The position numbers and the translations under genes were made by a program. DNA of 64,000 nt, taken from positions 187,434-251,433 of the forward strand of contig JBEKFP010000003.1 in the NCBI GenBank assembly GCA_050013255.1, written 5' to 3'. This DNA comes from Candidatus Bathyarchaeia archaeon (GTDB taxonomy: Archaea > Thermoproteota > Bathyarchaeia > 40CM-2-53-6). Of the stretch, positions 47,967-55,718 are shown piece by piece. The notes under the pieces were generated by a model. It did not search any database and was not told where the DNA came from. It saw nothing but the letters and a program-made list of their open reading frames with translations. Each line of letters opens with the position of its first letter. The stretch's first letter is position 1.

Positions 47967-48760
47967 AGTTGCCTAGACTCTCGTCTCTAAGACCCGTTCG
48001 ACCGCGAACCATCACCGTGCTTTCACCGGAGCAGAGGGAAATTCTTGAGAAAGGATTGTCTAACGAGGAAAATGGACACCTTGGTAAAGCTGCTAGTCTG
48101 TTCCAGTCCCTTTATGAACAGATGCAGAGTGCCAACTCTGAAGTCTCGCAAGACTCAGCGTGTATGAAAGCGAACGCTGACTTAGTATTAGCCAGACTGG
48201 AAATCACCCGCAATCGAGACGAAGCGGAGAAACTGTTCAGAAGCACGATATCGGCTCTAGAAGTTGCGCTAAAGATCGATCCGTACTGGGCGGATTATTT
48301 CAATTTACGAGGGAAAATCGTGGCCTACCTGCATACTGATTTCGGCTGCAAGATAGTTCGTAATAGAGGAGTTTGGGAAATCAAATGTATCGATGTATCT
48401 AACGCACTACGAATCCCAGGGATAAGTAGAAGCGAGACTTTTGATCTTGAGTGCTCAATCTGTAAGAAGGACCCAATGTTTTGTCCGCATGTTTCGGGGG
48501 AAGTCTACGATGGCCGCCTAGCTCTAGGCATAGTAAGACATTTGGAAATCAAAGAACTTTCAATAATTACGCCGCCACATGTTCCCGAAGAGCGTACAAT
48601 CGGAATATGGCCTCGACCCTTAACCGACGGCGATATCAGGAAGCTCTATTCGGAGAAGACTGCAAGGCAGATAATAGATTCAGGAGTGATTCGTTGCAAG
48701 GATCTCGTTAGAATAATTCGTAAGAACAATCTGGGCGGTGTGGAATGGGTGCAACATTGA
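47963..48760 (+). CDS. Hypothetical protein with a Cys cluster
   Basis: 265-aa ORF with a TTG start overlapping the upstream stop. Contains CSICKKDPMFCPH. Confidence 0.45.
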   Translation: MKLPRLSSLRPVRPRTITVLSPEQREILEKGLSNEENGHLGKAASLFQSLYEQMQSANSEVSQDSACMKANADLVLARLEITRNRDEAEKLFRSTISALEVALKIDPYWADYFNLRGKIVAYLHTDFGCKIVRNRGVWEIKCIDVSNALRIPGISRSETFDLECSICKKDPMFCPHVSGEVYDGRLALGIVRHLEIKELSIITPPHVPEERTIGIWPRPLTDGDIRKLYSEKTARQIIDSGVIRCKDLVRIIRKNNLGGVEWVQH

Positions 48761-48860
48761 CGAGCAAACAACAACTCAAGGATTGCAGAGTTAGGCATCT
48801 ACCGGAAGAAAGCCCACGCTCTTGGCACTGTCTAAATGCAATCCTCTCGCAATGTACCAA

Positions 48861-49445
48861 TCAGCTTCTTCTGAGTTTCTTATCATATGTGAAATGTTTC
48901 TGAATCAGCGCTCTTGTCAGAAACTCTATGTCCTCATCTTGAGGCAGGAAATCTGATGTTGCTTCGACTATCTTCCCTATGTTTCCCCTTTTGTAAAGGG
49001 CCATTCCCAGAGACATGTGACGGCCAAAGATTCTCGCCAAGAGTTCTTTCTTCCCCCAGAGTAACTGTCTAAATTCCTCTATCTTTCGGTCGTCTGGGAT
49101 ATTTTGATGAAACCCTAGAATCAGGTTCGTCCGTTGAACTCCATTCTTCAGATAAAGAAGGGCCTCGCCAATTCCTTTGTAGAACGCATCCCAGCCCAAT
49201 GACTTACTTCGTTCATCAAACTTGATCAATTTCATTTCATAGCCGTTCAGTCGGTATTGGTTCTGTGAAATCTTGTAGAATTCCAGGGCGTCAATGTCTG
49301 GATTAATCCTCCTTCCTGCTATGGCCGAGACCTTGGGGTACGCTCCATATGGCAAGACAGACTTTAGCAATTCGTCTTCGGAAACAAATCGATCATACGT
49401 CATGGCGTGTGTCATTCGAGAGGCCTTGTGATTGGGCTGGTCCAT
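48861..49445 (-). CDS. Hypothetical protein
   Basis: 194-aa ORF adjacent to the right TIR. No recognisable motif. Confidence 0.4.
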   Translation of the reverse strand: MDQPNHKASRMTHAMTYDRFVSEDELLKSVLPYGAYPKVSAIAGRRINPDIDALEFYKISQNQYRLNGYEMKLIKFDERSKSLGWDAFYKGIGEALLYLKNGVQRTNLILGFHQNIPDDRKIEEFRQLLWGKKELLARIFGRHMSLGMALYKRGNIGKIVEATSDFLPQDEDIEFLTRALIQKHFTYDKKLRRS

Positions 49446-49540
49446 AGGTTTAGTCTACCTGACCAGCGGATTATTCTTTCTGATTTTGATGTTCTGGTAG
49501 TGTTATGTCCGAGCTTAACTACTCACGCGGATGGTTCATC

Positions 49541-49711
49541 ATGTGGTCCTTCATGTTTTATGATTCATAAGAAATCAGGTTCTTATCCTACTCCTGCCGT
49601 TCCTACTCCTACCGTACCGAACAGGTTCCTGCCGTCATTCCTACCCTTCGTGTTGTCACAATCCTAATATTAGCGGCGGCGGGGGCGGCGCACCAACGAT
49701 ACCACACACAC
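49541..49711 (-). repeat. Right terminal inverted repeat (modular)
   Basis: Read inward from 49711 on the minus strand: GTGTGTGTGGTATCGTTGGTGCGCCGCCCCCGCCGCCGC, then a spacer, then ACGG(C/T)AGGA-type short repeats, then the AT-rich near-palindrome (plus strand TCATGTTTTATGATTCATAAGAAATCAGG at 49551-49579). Confidence 0.75.
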
Positions 49712-49778
49712 TTTTCAAACGAACGCAGTCCGATGGTCCGGCGACCGCATCAGTGATACTACAGACTAAGCGCGACTT

Positions 49779-51242
49779 CTATGTTGCTAGGCCACACTGC
49801 TTCCTGAGTTTCTCCATTAGTTCTCGGTATCGAGGGTCGGCCCTTGCCTTCGCGCAGAGAGGTGAGTACATCACGAACAGGGAAATTATCGCATGCTCTT
49901 CAAGGGCCTTGTTCACGTACTGGAAGTATGAGTCGAGGTCTCCGAGCGCGTGGTAGACAAACCCCATGTAGTTGAAGCCTATTGGACCCACCTTGGCATT
50001 CTCAATCTTCTTGATTGCGAGGAGTGCCGTATCTCTGTCGCCTTCCATGGCCGCGACGACCCCTCCCATCCAAGCGACCCTAGAATTGGTGGGATCGAGC
50101 TTCTCAAACTTCGCAAGGAGCTCCTTAGCCTTCTCAAGTTCCCCTTTGGCTAGGTAGTACTCCGTCATTCCCCTGTAGGTCCACGCAGGGGCAATCTGCT
50201 CGTACTTCTTCCAGTGCTCCAACGCCTCCTGCTCCCTCCCCGTATAGAGATACGCTAGCCCCACAAGCCAGGTGAACCGCGGCCTCACGGGGTCTAGGCG
50301 GTATGCTGTCTCGATCTGCCTAACCATCTCCCCCTGGTTTCCCTTGATTCCCTCCACCTCAAACAGTATCCAGTAGGCGTCTGGGAGACTCGGGTTAAGC
50401 TCCAAAGCCTTCCTCGCCTCCGCCTCCGAACCTAAGACATCGTCCTCATCGAAGAGCAAAACAGAAAGCACCGCGTGGGCCTCCGCAAGGTTCGAGTCGA
50501 GATTAAGGGCACGTTCCAATAATTGCCTCGCAGTCGAATGAGAGACATCAAACGGTTCCTTTCCGACGTTGGAAAGATAACTGTGGCACTCTGCCGCGCC
50601 GACGTATGCCCTCGCGAACTTGGGATCCAGTTCGATGGCTTTCTCAAAGAGGCTGATAGCCCGCTCTGTTGTATCTATGCTTACTTCCCGTAGTAGTTCT
50701 CTGCCTTGCAAGAAGTACGTGTACGCCTCAGTGTTCTCGGTAGGCTTCTTCTGTAGGGTTCGCTTCTCAGAGTCGAGTAGCTGGGTCTTGAGCTCTCCCG
50801 CCACCTTCTCAGCTATCTCACTCTGAACGGCGAAGATATCGTCTAAGTTCTTGTCATAGTGGGAGGACCACACGTGTTCTTCCGTTCCCGCGTTGATTAG
50901 CTGAACCGTGACCCTGACCCGGTTACCTGCCTTCCTTACACTGCCTTCGACCACCGACCCGACGCTGAGTTCCTTTGCGATTTCGGAGACATTCTTCTCC
51001 TTCTTCTTGTAATTCATCACTGACGTCCGAGCTATGACCTTCAAACTCTTCACCTGAGAAAGCCTGTCAATCAACTCCTCCGTCATGCCGTCCGCGAAGT
51101 ACTCGTCGTTAGGGTCGGGGCTCATGTTCTTCATGGGCAAAACGGCAATCCGGAGCTTGTCTAGCGTCTGCTGTGCCGTGGAGAACGCGGGGGGAATGAA
51201 GCTCTTCGACCGGGCGAGGTCGGCTGGCTGCAAATGATTCAC
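49779..51242 (-). CDS. TPR-repeat protein with a TolB-N-like N-terminal domain
   Basis: 487 aa. The N-terminal IAVLPMKNMSPDPNDEYFADGMTEELIDRLSQ pattern is followed by multiple TPR units. Confidence 0.75.
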   Translation of the reverse strand: MNHLQPADLARSKSFIPPAFSTAQQTLDKLRIAVLPMKNMSPDPNDEYFADGMTEELIDRLSQVKSLKVIARTSVMNYKKKEKNVSEIAKELSVGSVVEGSVRKAGNRVRVTVQLINAGTEEHVWSSHYDKNLDDIFAVQSEIAEKVAGELKTQLLDSEKRTLQKKPTENTEAYTYFLQGRELLREVSIDTTERAISLFEKAIELDPKFARAYVGAAECHSYLSNVGKEPFDVSHSTARQLLERALNLDSNLAEAHAVLSVLLFDEDDVLGSEAEARKALELNPSLPDAYWILFEVEGIKGNQGEMVRQIETAYRLDPVRPRFTWLVGLAYLYTGREQEALEHWKKYEQIAPAWTYRGMTEYYLAKGELEKAKELLAKFEKLDPTNSRVAWMGGVVAAMEGDRDTALLAIKKIENAKVGPIGFNYMGFVYHALGDLDSYFQYVNKALEEHAIISLFVMYSPLCAKARADPRYRELMEKLRKQCGLAT

Positions 51243-51467
51243 GATTACCTGACTGCGTATCTAGCTAAGCTTGCCGAGCCGGTTGTTATAGAGCCTTTCC
51301 TCAACTCGCACGCGAGAGACTAGGTGGTTCAGCAGTCACTTCACATTCGTATTGTGACGAATCATCGTTCCGTATTCTCTCGTTCTTTAGGTCTTGTTTC
51401 TTGTAGGAAATCGTATGGTATTATTGGTCAGCATGTTTGTATTGGCATTGTCGTACGTGACGTCCAA

Positions 51468-51646
51468 GCGTCATGTTTTATGATTCATAGAACATCAGGC
51501 TACCGCCACTAAGAGAATGTTGTGCGAGCGAAGCGAGCACCAAGCTAACCAAGTAAGCGAGCGAAGTGATCTTCAACAGGTTCCAACTTCGGGCGGCGGC
51601 GGCGGGGGCGGGTATGCTGGTGCGGGCGAGCGGATTTGAACTCTCG
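51468..51646. repeat. Second copy of right-end-type modules fused to a tRNA-3'-end-like unit
   Basis: TCATGTTTTATGATTCATAGAACATCAGG (51471-51499; the first 19 nt are identical to 49551-49569); GCGAGCGAAGCGAG-type module; GGCGGCGGCGGCGGGGGCGG; then GGGTATGCTGGTGCG (51610-51624) and GGCGAGCGGATTTGAAC. Confidence 0.7.
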
Positions 51647-51659
51647 TTTGGGGGAGAGC

Positions 51660-51680
51660 TTGGTGCGGCCGCCGGGATTC
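51660..51680 (-). repeat. Duplicate of the 3' end of tRNA-Gly (att-like direct repeat)
   Basis: TTGGTGCGGCCGCCGGGATTC is identical to 53873-53893, the 3' acceptor/T-arm of the intact tRNA on the minus strand. Confidence 0.85.
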
Positions 51681-51691
51681 AGGTCAGCCTT

Positions 51692-52633
51692 TCAGGGCTC
51701 GGGATAGGTGTATGACGGGTAGATCCTTAGCGGTGTTCCAGGTTTTATGACGGCTTGGGCTTCAGCGTTTAGCAGGTAGCGCCCAGCAGGATCAGCGCTG
51801 CCCGCCTCCGCAAAAAGCTTGACAACGAAAGGTTTCGATTCGGCCCGCCGGTAGAAAATCTGAGCCTCATTCGGGCGTGTTCTAACGTACCTCCTCCAAA
51901 GCTGCTCGATGGGCTCAGTTCGCGCAAATGACCTGTCCATGAATTCGAAGAACCTTGCTAACTCCGATCTTCGGGGAAACCGACCGTAATGCTGCGAAAG
52001 TTCCTCATATGCTCCAAGGAAGTATTCCTGTAATGAGGCAAACCGCCGGTCCCTTAGGTACCCTTTGAAGAGCTCGATAAACTCTTGGAGCAGTCGATTT
52101 ATGCGTTTATCGACTTGCCCGTGATTCGGTTGCGCTACGGGTAACTTGTCGGGCACGATTTCCCTTACCAAACCAAGTTTTCCGTTACCGGAAATTGCTA
52201 GGCCAGCTTTGCTTACCGTTCCATGAATCTCGCGTATCGCCTCGACCATGAGATGGTTCTCATACATCTCGATTTCGAGAGCATGATCCTGCCTGAAGAT
52301 TTCCGCCATTCTTTCCCACACAACCTCGTAACGTTTTCTCCGCATATCCAAACCAATTCCGGGGCGATCTCTCAACAGCCCCGCCTTTCGGAGGTCCGAA
52401 AGTTGCAGACTCACGGCGAACTTCGATTTACCCGTAAACGCTGATATTTCAGAAGGCGAGTTCGTACCCTTTGCCACTGCGACGAAGAGCTCACTCAGAG
52501 CTTGAGAACGAAGCGCCTTCCGGACGCGTCTAATCTCGCCGCGCAACGGGTCGCCGGAATCAACTTTAACCTCCATTGCAACGCGCCTTCCCCACAGCTG
52601 CCGTGCAAGAACCGTTGGTTTTGTTTTTGGCAT
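51692..52633 (-). CDS. Winged-helix (ArsR-like) domain protein
   Basis: 313 aa. The N-terminal SPSEISAFTGKSKFAVSLQLSDLRKAGLL looks like HTH plus wing. The rest is uncharacterised. Confidence 0.5.
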   Translation of the reverse strand: MPKTKPTVLARQLWGRRVAMEVKVDSGDPLRGEIRRVRKALRSQALSELFVAVAKGTNSPSEISAFTGKSKFAVSLQLSDLRKAGLLRDRPGIGLDMRRKRYEVVWERMAEIFRQDHALEIEMYENHLMVEAIREIHGTVSKAGLAISGNGKLGLVREIVPDKLPVAQPNHGQVDKRINRLLQEFIELFKGYLRDRRFASLQEYFLGAYEELSQHYGRFPRRSELARFFEFMDRSFARTEPIEQLWRRYVRTRPNEAQIFYRRAESKPFVVKLFAEAGSADPAGRYLLNAEAQAVIKPGTPLRIYPSYTYPEP

Positions 52634-52699
52634 GTGGGAAATTAACTAGCAAACGGTATAAGTAGTTAATTGACCCCTTAACTATCTCGTGATGGAAAA

Positions 52700-53260
52700 A
52701 TGGCTAACGCAGACTCGATGAAGGGGACCATCACCAAGGTCTTCCAAGTAAACGCTCCCCCGGAACGCGTTTACAGAGCGTTTACGGACAAAAAGGATAT
52801 GGTGGAGTGGATGTCGGATCATTTTGAAATTGATGCCAGGAAGGGAGGAAAGTTTCAGATGGGGAAGGAATCGGACGGCTTCGTTACAACGGGGGAGTTT
52901 CTTGAAGTCGTGCCAAACCAGCTACTCACTTATACCTGGAGAATGAATGGGTACGAAAAGAACACTGGGAAGCGTATCCCGAACTGGTCCGATGAAAACC
53001 CGTCGAAGGTTACGGTGAAGTTCGAAAAAGCGGGCAGGGGTACAAGGATCACAGTTACCCACGAAGGGTTCCCAGAACGAGATGAGGAATACTGGGCGCA
53101 TGAGGTGGGATGGGAGATGCTGGGTGGTGAGGTTTTGAAGTACTACCTAGAGCACTCTCAGGAGGAATTTGAAAGATGGTGGAAAGAAAACGAAGCGTCG
53201 TGGCAGGAACGCTGGCAGAAAAAGGTAGATGCACGAGCCAAGTCATCCCCTATTGCATGA
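52700..53260 (+). CDS. SRPBCC/AHSA1-family protein
   Basis: 186 aa. VNAPPERVYRAFTDKKDMVEWM and VTHEGF are typical of the Aha1/START-like fold. Confidence 0.75.
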   Translation: MANADSMKGTITKVFQVNAPPERVYRAFTDKKDMVEWMSDHFEIDARKGGKFQMGKESDGFVTTGEFLEVVPNQLLTYTWRMNGYEKNTGKRIPNWSDENPSKVTVKFEKAGRGTRITVTHEGFPERDEEYWAHEVGWEMLGGEVLKYYLEHSQEEFERWWKENEASWQERWQKKVDARAKSSPIA

Positions 53261-53282
53261 TGGCAAGAGGTGAGAAAAGAGA

Positions 53283-53702
53283 ATGGTGAAAGTAACTGAT
53301 GAAGGACTATTTCCGGCACCACGCGAAAAAGTCTGGCGCCTTATTGAAGCCCACGGAACAGACCCACAAGGCATACACCCCGCGATGAAATCCGCAAAGC
53401 CACTAAACAAAGAAGGCAGCATGGTGGAACAACAATGGGACATGAACGGACAGAATGTCAGAATGGTTTTGAAAGTAACTCCGGCCCCACCCGACAAGTT
53501 GACCCTGGAGTTTCTCGAAGGGCCCGTCACAGGCAAAATGGTAAACACCTACACCGAAGTGGCAGGTGGAACCAAAGTAGTCACGGAATGTGACATGAAA
53601 TCACAAGTCATGGACGACAAACAAGTCGAAAGCACTGTTAGACAAATCCTCGACAACGGCTTCGCCGACGACGTCCGCTACCTAAACACAAAAATGAAGT
53701 AG
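53283..53702 (+). CDS. SRPBCC-superfamily protein
   Basis: 139 aa with a START/polyketide-cyclase-like size and pattern (PREKVWRLIEAH...). Paralogous context with the upstream gene. Confidence 0.55.
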   Translation: MVKVTDEGLFPAPREKVWRLIEAHGTDPQGIHPAMKSAKPLNKEGSMVEQQWDMNGQNVRMVLKVTPAPPDKLTLEFLEGPVTGKMVNTYTEVAGGTKVVTECDMKSQVMDDKQVESTVRQILDNGFADDVRYLNTKMK

Positions 53703-53873
53703 CTGAGAAAGCAGGCGTACTAGCGCCAGTTTTCTCGGCACCCAACCTTTTCTTGGCTGTAGCAATTCTTGGCTAGCAATATTGTAGCCGCCTTCAAGCT
53801 GTGGATTTGCCTCAACTGGTTTTGTCCCCAATATTCGCATTGATGAAGCGATAAGGTATCGTTGCAGAGAGTT

Positions 53874-53968
53874 TGGTGCGGCCGCCGGGATTCGGACCCG
53901 GGTCGTTGGCTTGGAAGGCCAATGGACGCGTAAACGCAATGTCCTAGACCAGGCTAGACTACGGCCGC
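53874..53968 (-). tRNA. tRNA-Gly (anticodon UCC) with a 17-nt non-canonical intron between the D-arm and anticodon stem; CCA encoded
   Basis: Reverse complement: GCGGCCG-TA-GTCT-AGCCTGGTCTA-GGAC-A-[TTGCGTTTACGCGTCCA]-TTGGC-CTTCCAA-GCCAA-CGAC-CCGGG-TCCGAAT-CCCGG-CGGCCGC-A-CCA. All four stems pair once the bracketed 17 nt are removed. Confidence 0.85.
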
Positions 53969-54118
53969 ATGCGCATCAGGAACAGCCGGTCTTCGCAAAT
54001 AAGTGTTAGTGGATTCTCATAGTGGTAGTCTCATTGACAGAATGCGCTCCGAGCCGCAGTTTTTCTAAGGTATGCATCATTGCCAAACTCATTCAGGTTA
54101 TGGTTAGGAGACTCGGGT

Positions 54119-54477
54119 TTGGTCGACGTCGCAAGGTTTGTTCAAGACATCGTTCCTACAACCCGCCTTTACTTGGACGATTCGTACTTGCAATCCCTTG
54201 ACGCGAATGTTGTGAAGTTTGCTCAGGAAAAGAACAATGCGTACGTGTTGTAATTAGGGCCATAAGTAGGTCTAATGCTGAGCGACTCATTGCAGATGCG
54301 CCTAACTTGGCAAGGCTTCCGAAAGGTGAGAACTTGCGGATTGTGACCATCGCAAGGCAGATTCCGATACCCTGCGGAGGAAGGCACGTACGGAACCTCA
54401 AAGAAATCGGAGCCATAGAGTTTTCAAGAGCAGAACCTGCAGAGACAGGTTTCAGACTACACTTCCAAGTCAAGTAA
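54119..54477 (+). pseudogene. AlaX-like (alanyl-tRNA editing domain) remnant, truncated and frameshifted
   Basis: Frame A gives ...TTRLYLDDSYLQSLDANVVKFAQEKNNAYVL*, an AlaX-type N-terminus, with its stop at 54251-54253. Frame B gives ...LRIVTIARQIPIPCGGRHVRNLKEIGAIEF...*, the C-terminal CGG.HV..EIG motif. The central HxxxH region is missing. Confidence 0.5.
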
Positions 54478-54623
54478 GCGCTAGCCGACGATCTCTCCTA
54501 GTCGACGCCATGAAGAACGTTGGATGCAAAATTCGATAGCGCTCAGCCAGCGACCTTGGTTGAAGAGATTGTCAACGTGGAAATTCAAAGAGTTGGAAAG
54601 AGAGGTCGCCGAAACATGCTTGG

Positions 54624-55718
54624 CTACGAGAGGAGTCTGGCTGGCGTATAAGGTACTAAGTCTGGGTTGGATTTTCCGGAGAGAATCTCCTCAGCCATCA
54701 TTTCTCCGATCGCTGGGGCGAACATTGCACCCTTCCCTGAATCTGCAAAAGCCACCCAGAGATTTTCGTACACGAACCTACCCGTGACAGGCTCAGAGTC
54801 GCGCGTTGTCTCAACCAATCCTGCCCATGGCCTCAAGACCTTGACTTCCCGAAGAGTTGGTATGAAGTGAACGAGCTCTCTTGCAGCGTCCTCTAAGAAT
54901 TCCAACGTAGATGAGTTATCATTCAGAATTTTCTCTCCTCTTCTCGGAAATTGGCAGAGTATTTCCCCGCGGAGGCTTTGTGCGATGGAGATGCCTTCGC
55001 GGTACGATTGGATCATAGGTTTTAGAAAGAACCTTAGAGGTTCAGTTGCAAGCATCTCATGCTTCACAAGTCGGGTGGGCACGTCAAGCCCGATTGTTCG
55101 AAGGATTTCCCGAGATCCAGTTCCTGCAGCCACGACATAGACATCGGCCTTGTAGGTATCGCGATCGGTCTCGGCTGAAGATATTCGGTCCCCTTCGACA
55201 TGAAGCGCTTTCACGGTTGTGGGCCTGACTACTTTGCCTTGCATCTCTTCGAAGCTGTCCCAAAGACCATTCACGACCGAGAACGGATGCACAGAGCCGT
55301 CGCCCTTTGAGAGAGTGCCGCCTACGATCGATGAGGTATCCAGGAACGGGTAGCGGTCTTGAATCTCTTCAGATGAGAGAAGCGTTGTGTCAAGTCCTAG
55401 TGAGCGTTGCAGGCCTGAATTCCGATCAAGCTCGGCCAGTTTCTCTTTGTTACTCGCAAGCATGAGATATCCGTCACGTCGAAATAGAATGTTGAAGTTG
55501 AGGTCAGATGAAAGGCGGTCTGTGATCTCTCGGTTCTTCTTAGCAAGATTGATGTCGTGTTCATTCTCCCATTGGCTATGCACCGCTCCAAGCGCTCTTA
55601 CGCTGATTCCACTTCCCGGGTATTGTCTCTCGAGAACAGCAACGTCGGCGCCGCGCTTGGCCAGGTTGTAGGCAATGCTCAGACCAAGAATTCCCGCGCC
55701 GACAACTACGACGTGCAC
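54624..55718 (-). CDS. FAD-dependent oxidoreductase, sarcosine oxidase beta / L-proline dehydrogenase beta-like
   Basis: 364 aa with an N-terminal VVVVGAGILGLSIAYNLAKRG dinucleotide fold. DAO family. Confidence 0.85.
   Translation of the reverse strand: MHVVVVGAGILGLSIAYNLAKRGADVAVLERQYPGSGISVRALGAVHSQWENEHDINLAKKNREITDRLSSDLNFNILFRRDGYLMLASNKEKLAELDRNSGLQRSLGLDTTLLSSEEIQDRYPFLDTSSIVGGTLSKGDGSVHPFSVVNGLWDSFEEMQGKVVRPTTVKALHVEGDRISSAETDRDTYKADVYVVAAGTGSREILRTIGLDVPTRLVKHEMLATEPLRFFLKPMIQSYREGISIAQSLRGEILCQFPRRGEKILNDNSSTLEFLEDAARELVHFIPTLREVKVLRPWAGLVETTRDSEPVTGRFVYENLWVAFADSGKGAMFAPAIGEMMAEEILSGKSNPDLVPYTPARLLS

Larger units (their letters stand above)
40623..49711. mobile_element. Casposon-like element without a polymerase gene: solo Cas1 plus cargo, bounded by ~0.2-kb terminal inverted repeats
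   Basis: The terminal ~40 nt are near-identical in inverted orientation, with a 23-nt perfect core TGGTGCGCCGCCCCCGCCGCCGC at 40639-40661 and 49673-49695. The same inward module order occurs at both ends. The interior encodes Cas1 with a C-terminal HTH-like tail, HNH and RHH. No ORF exceeds 404 aa. Confidence 0.6.
33960..53873. other. Accessory island / serial-integration hot spot abutting the 3' end of tRNA-Gly(UCC)
   Basis: About nine cassettes of unrelated genes on both strands, with some AT-rich segments. They are separated by the related composite repeats listed individually below. The right boundary is the intact tRNA gene. Confidence 0.55.

Noticed and set aside
40623-49711. Search for a family-B polymerase, Cas2, Cas4 or a tyrosine/serine recombinase inside the Cas1 element
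   Set aside because: No ORF exceeds 404 aa. I saw none of the polymerase (DxxSLYPS, YGDTDS), Cas2 or recombinase (R..H..R..Y) signatures in the translated ORFs. This absence is by eye only.
40600-49740. Target-site duplication flanking the TIRs
   Set aside because: The left flank ...GATGAACCGATATTTCTC and the right flank TTTTCAAACGAACGCAGTCC... share only short patches (AACGA, GAAC). No convincing 14-15 bp direct repeat is present.
49407-51512. + ORFs 49407..49667 and 51324..51512, which end in similar peptides (..CFMIHKKSG.. / ..CFMIHRTSG..)
   Set aside because: The similarity comes from the shared AT-rich palindrome of the junction repeats, not from coding conservation.
33960-51700. Whether the GTGTGTG / TGGTGCG repeats form a CRISPR array
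   Set aside because: The units are heterogeneous in length (29 to ~210 bp) and occur in both orientations. They are separated by 0.06-9 kb segments containing whole genes. There is no regular repeat-spacer periodicity.
54156-54473. 105-aa minus-strand ORF
   Set aside because: The plus strand here carries recognisable AlaX-like fragments. The minus-strand product has no motifs.
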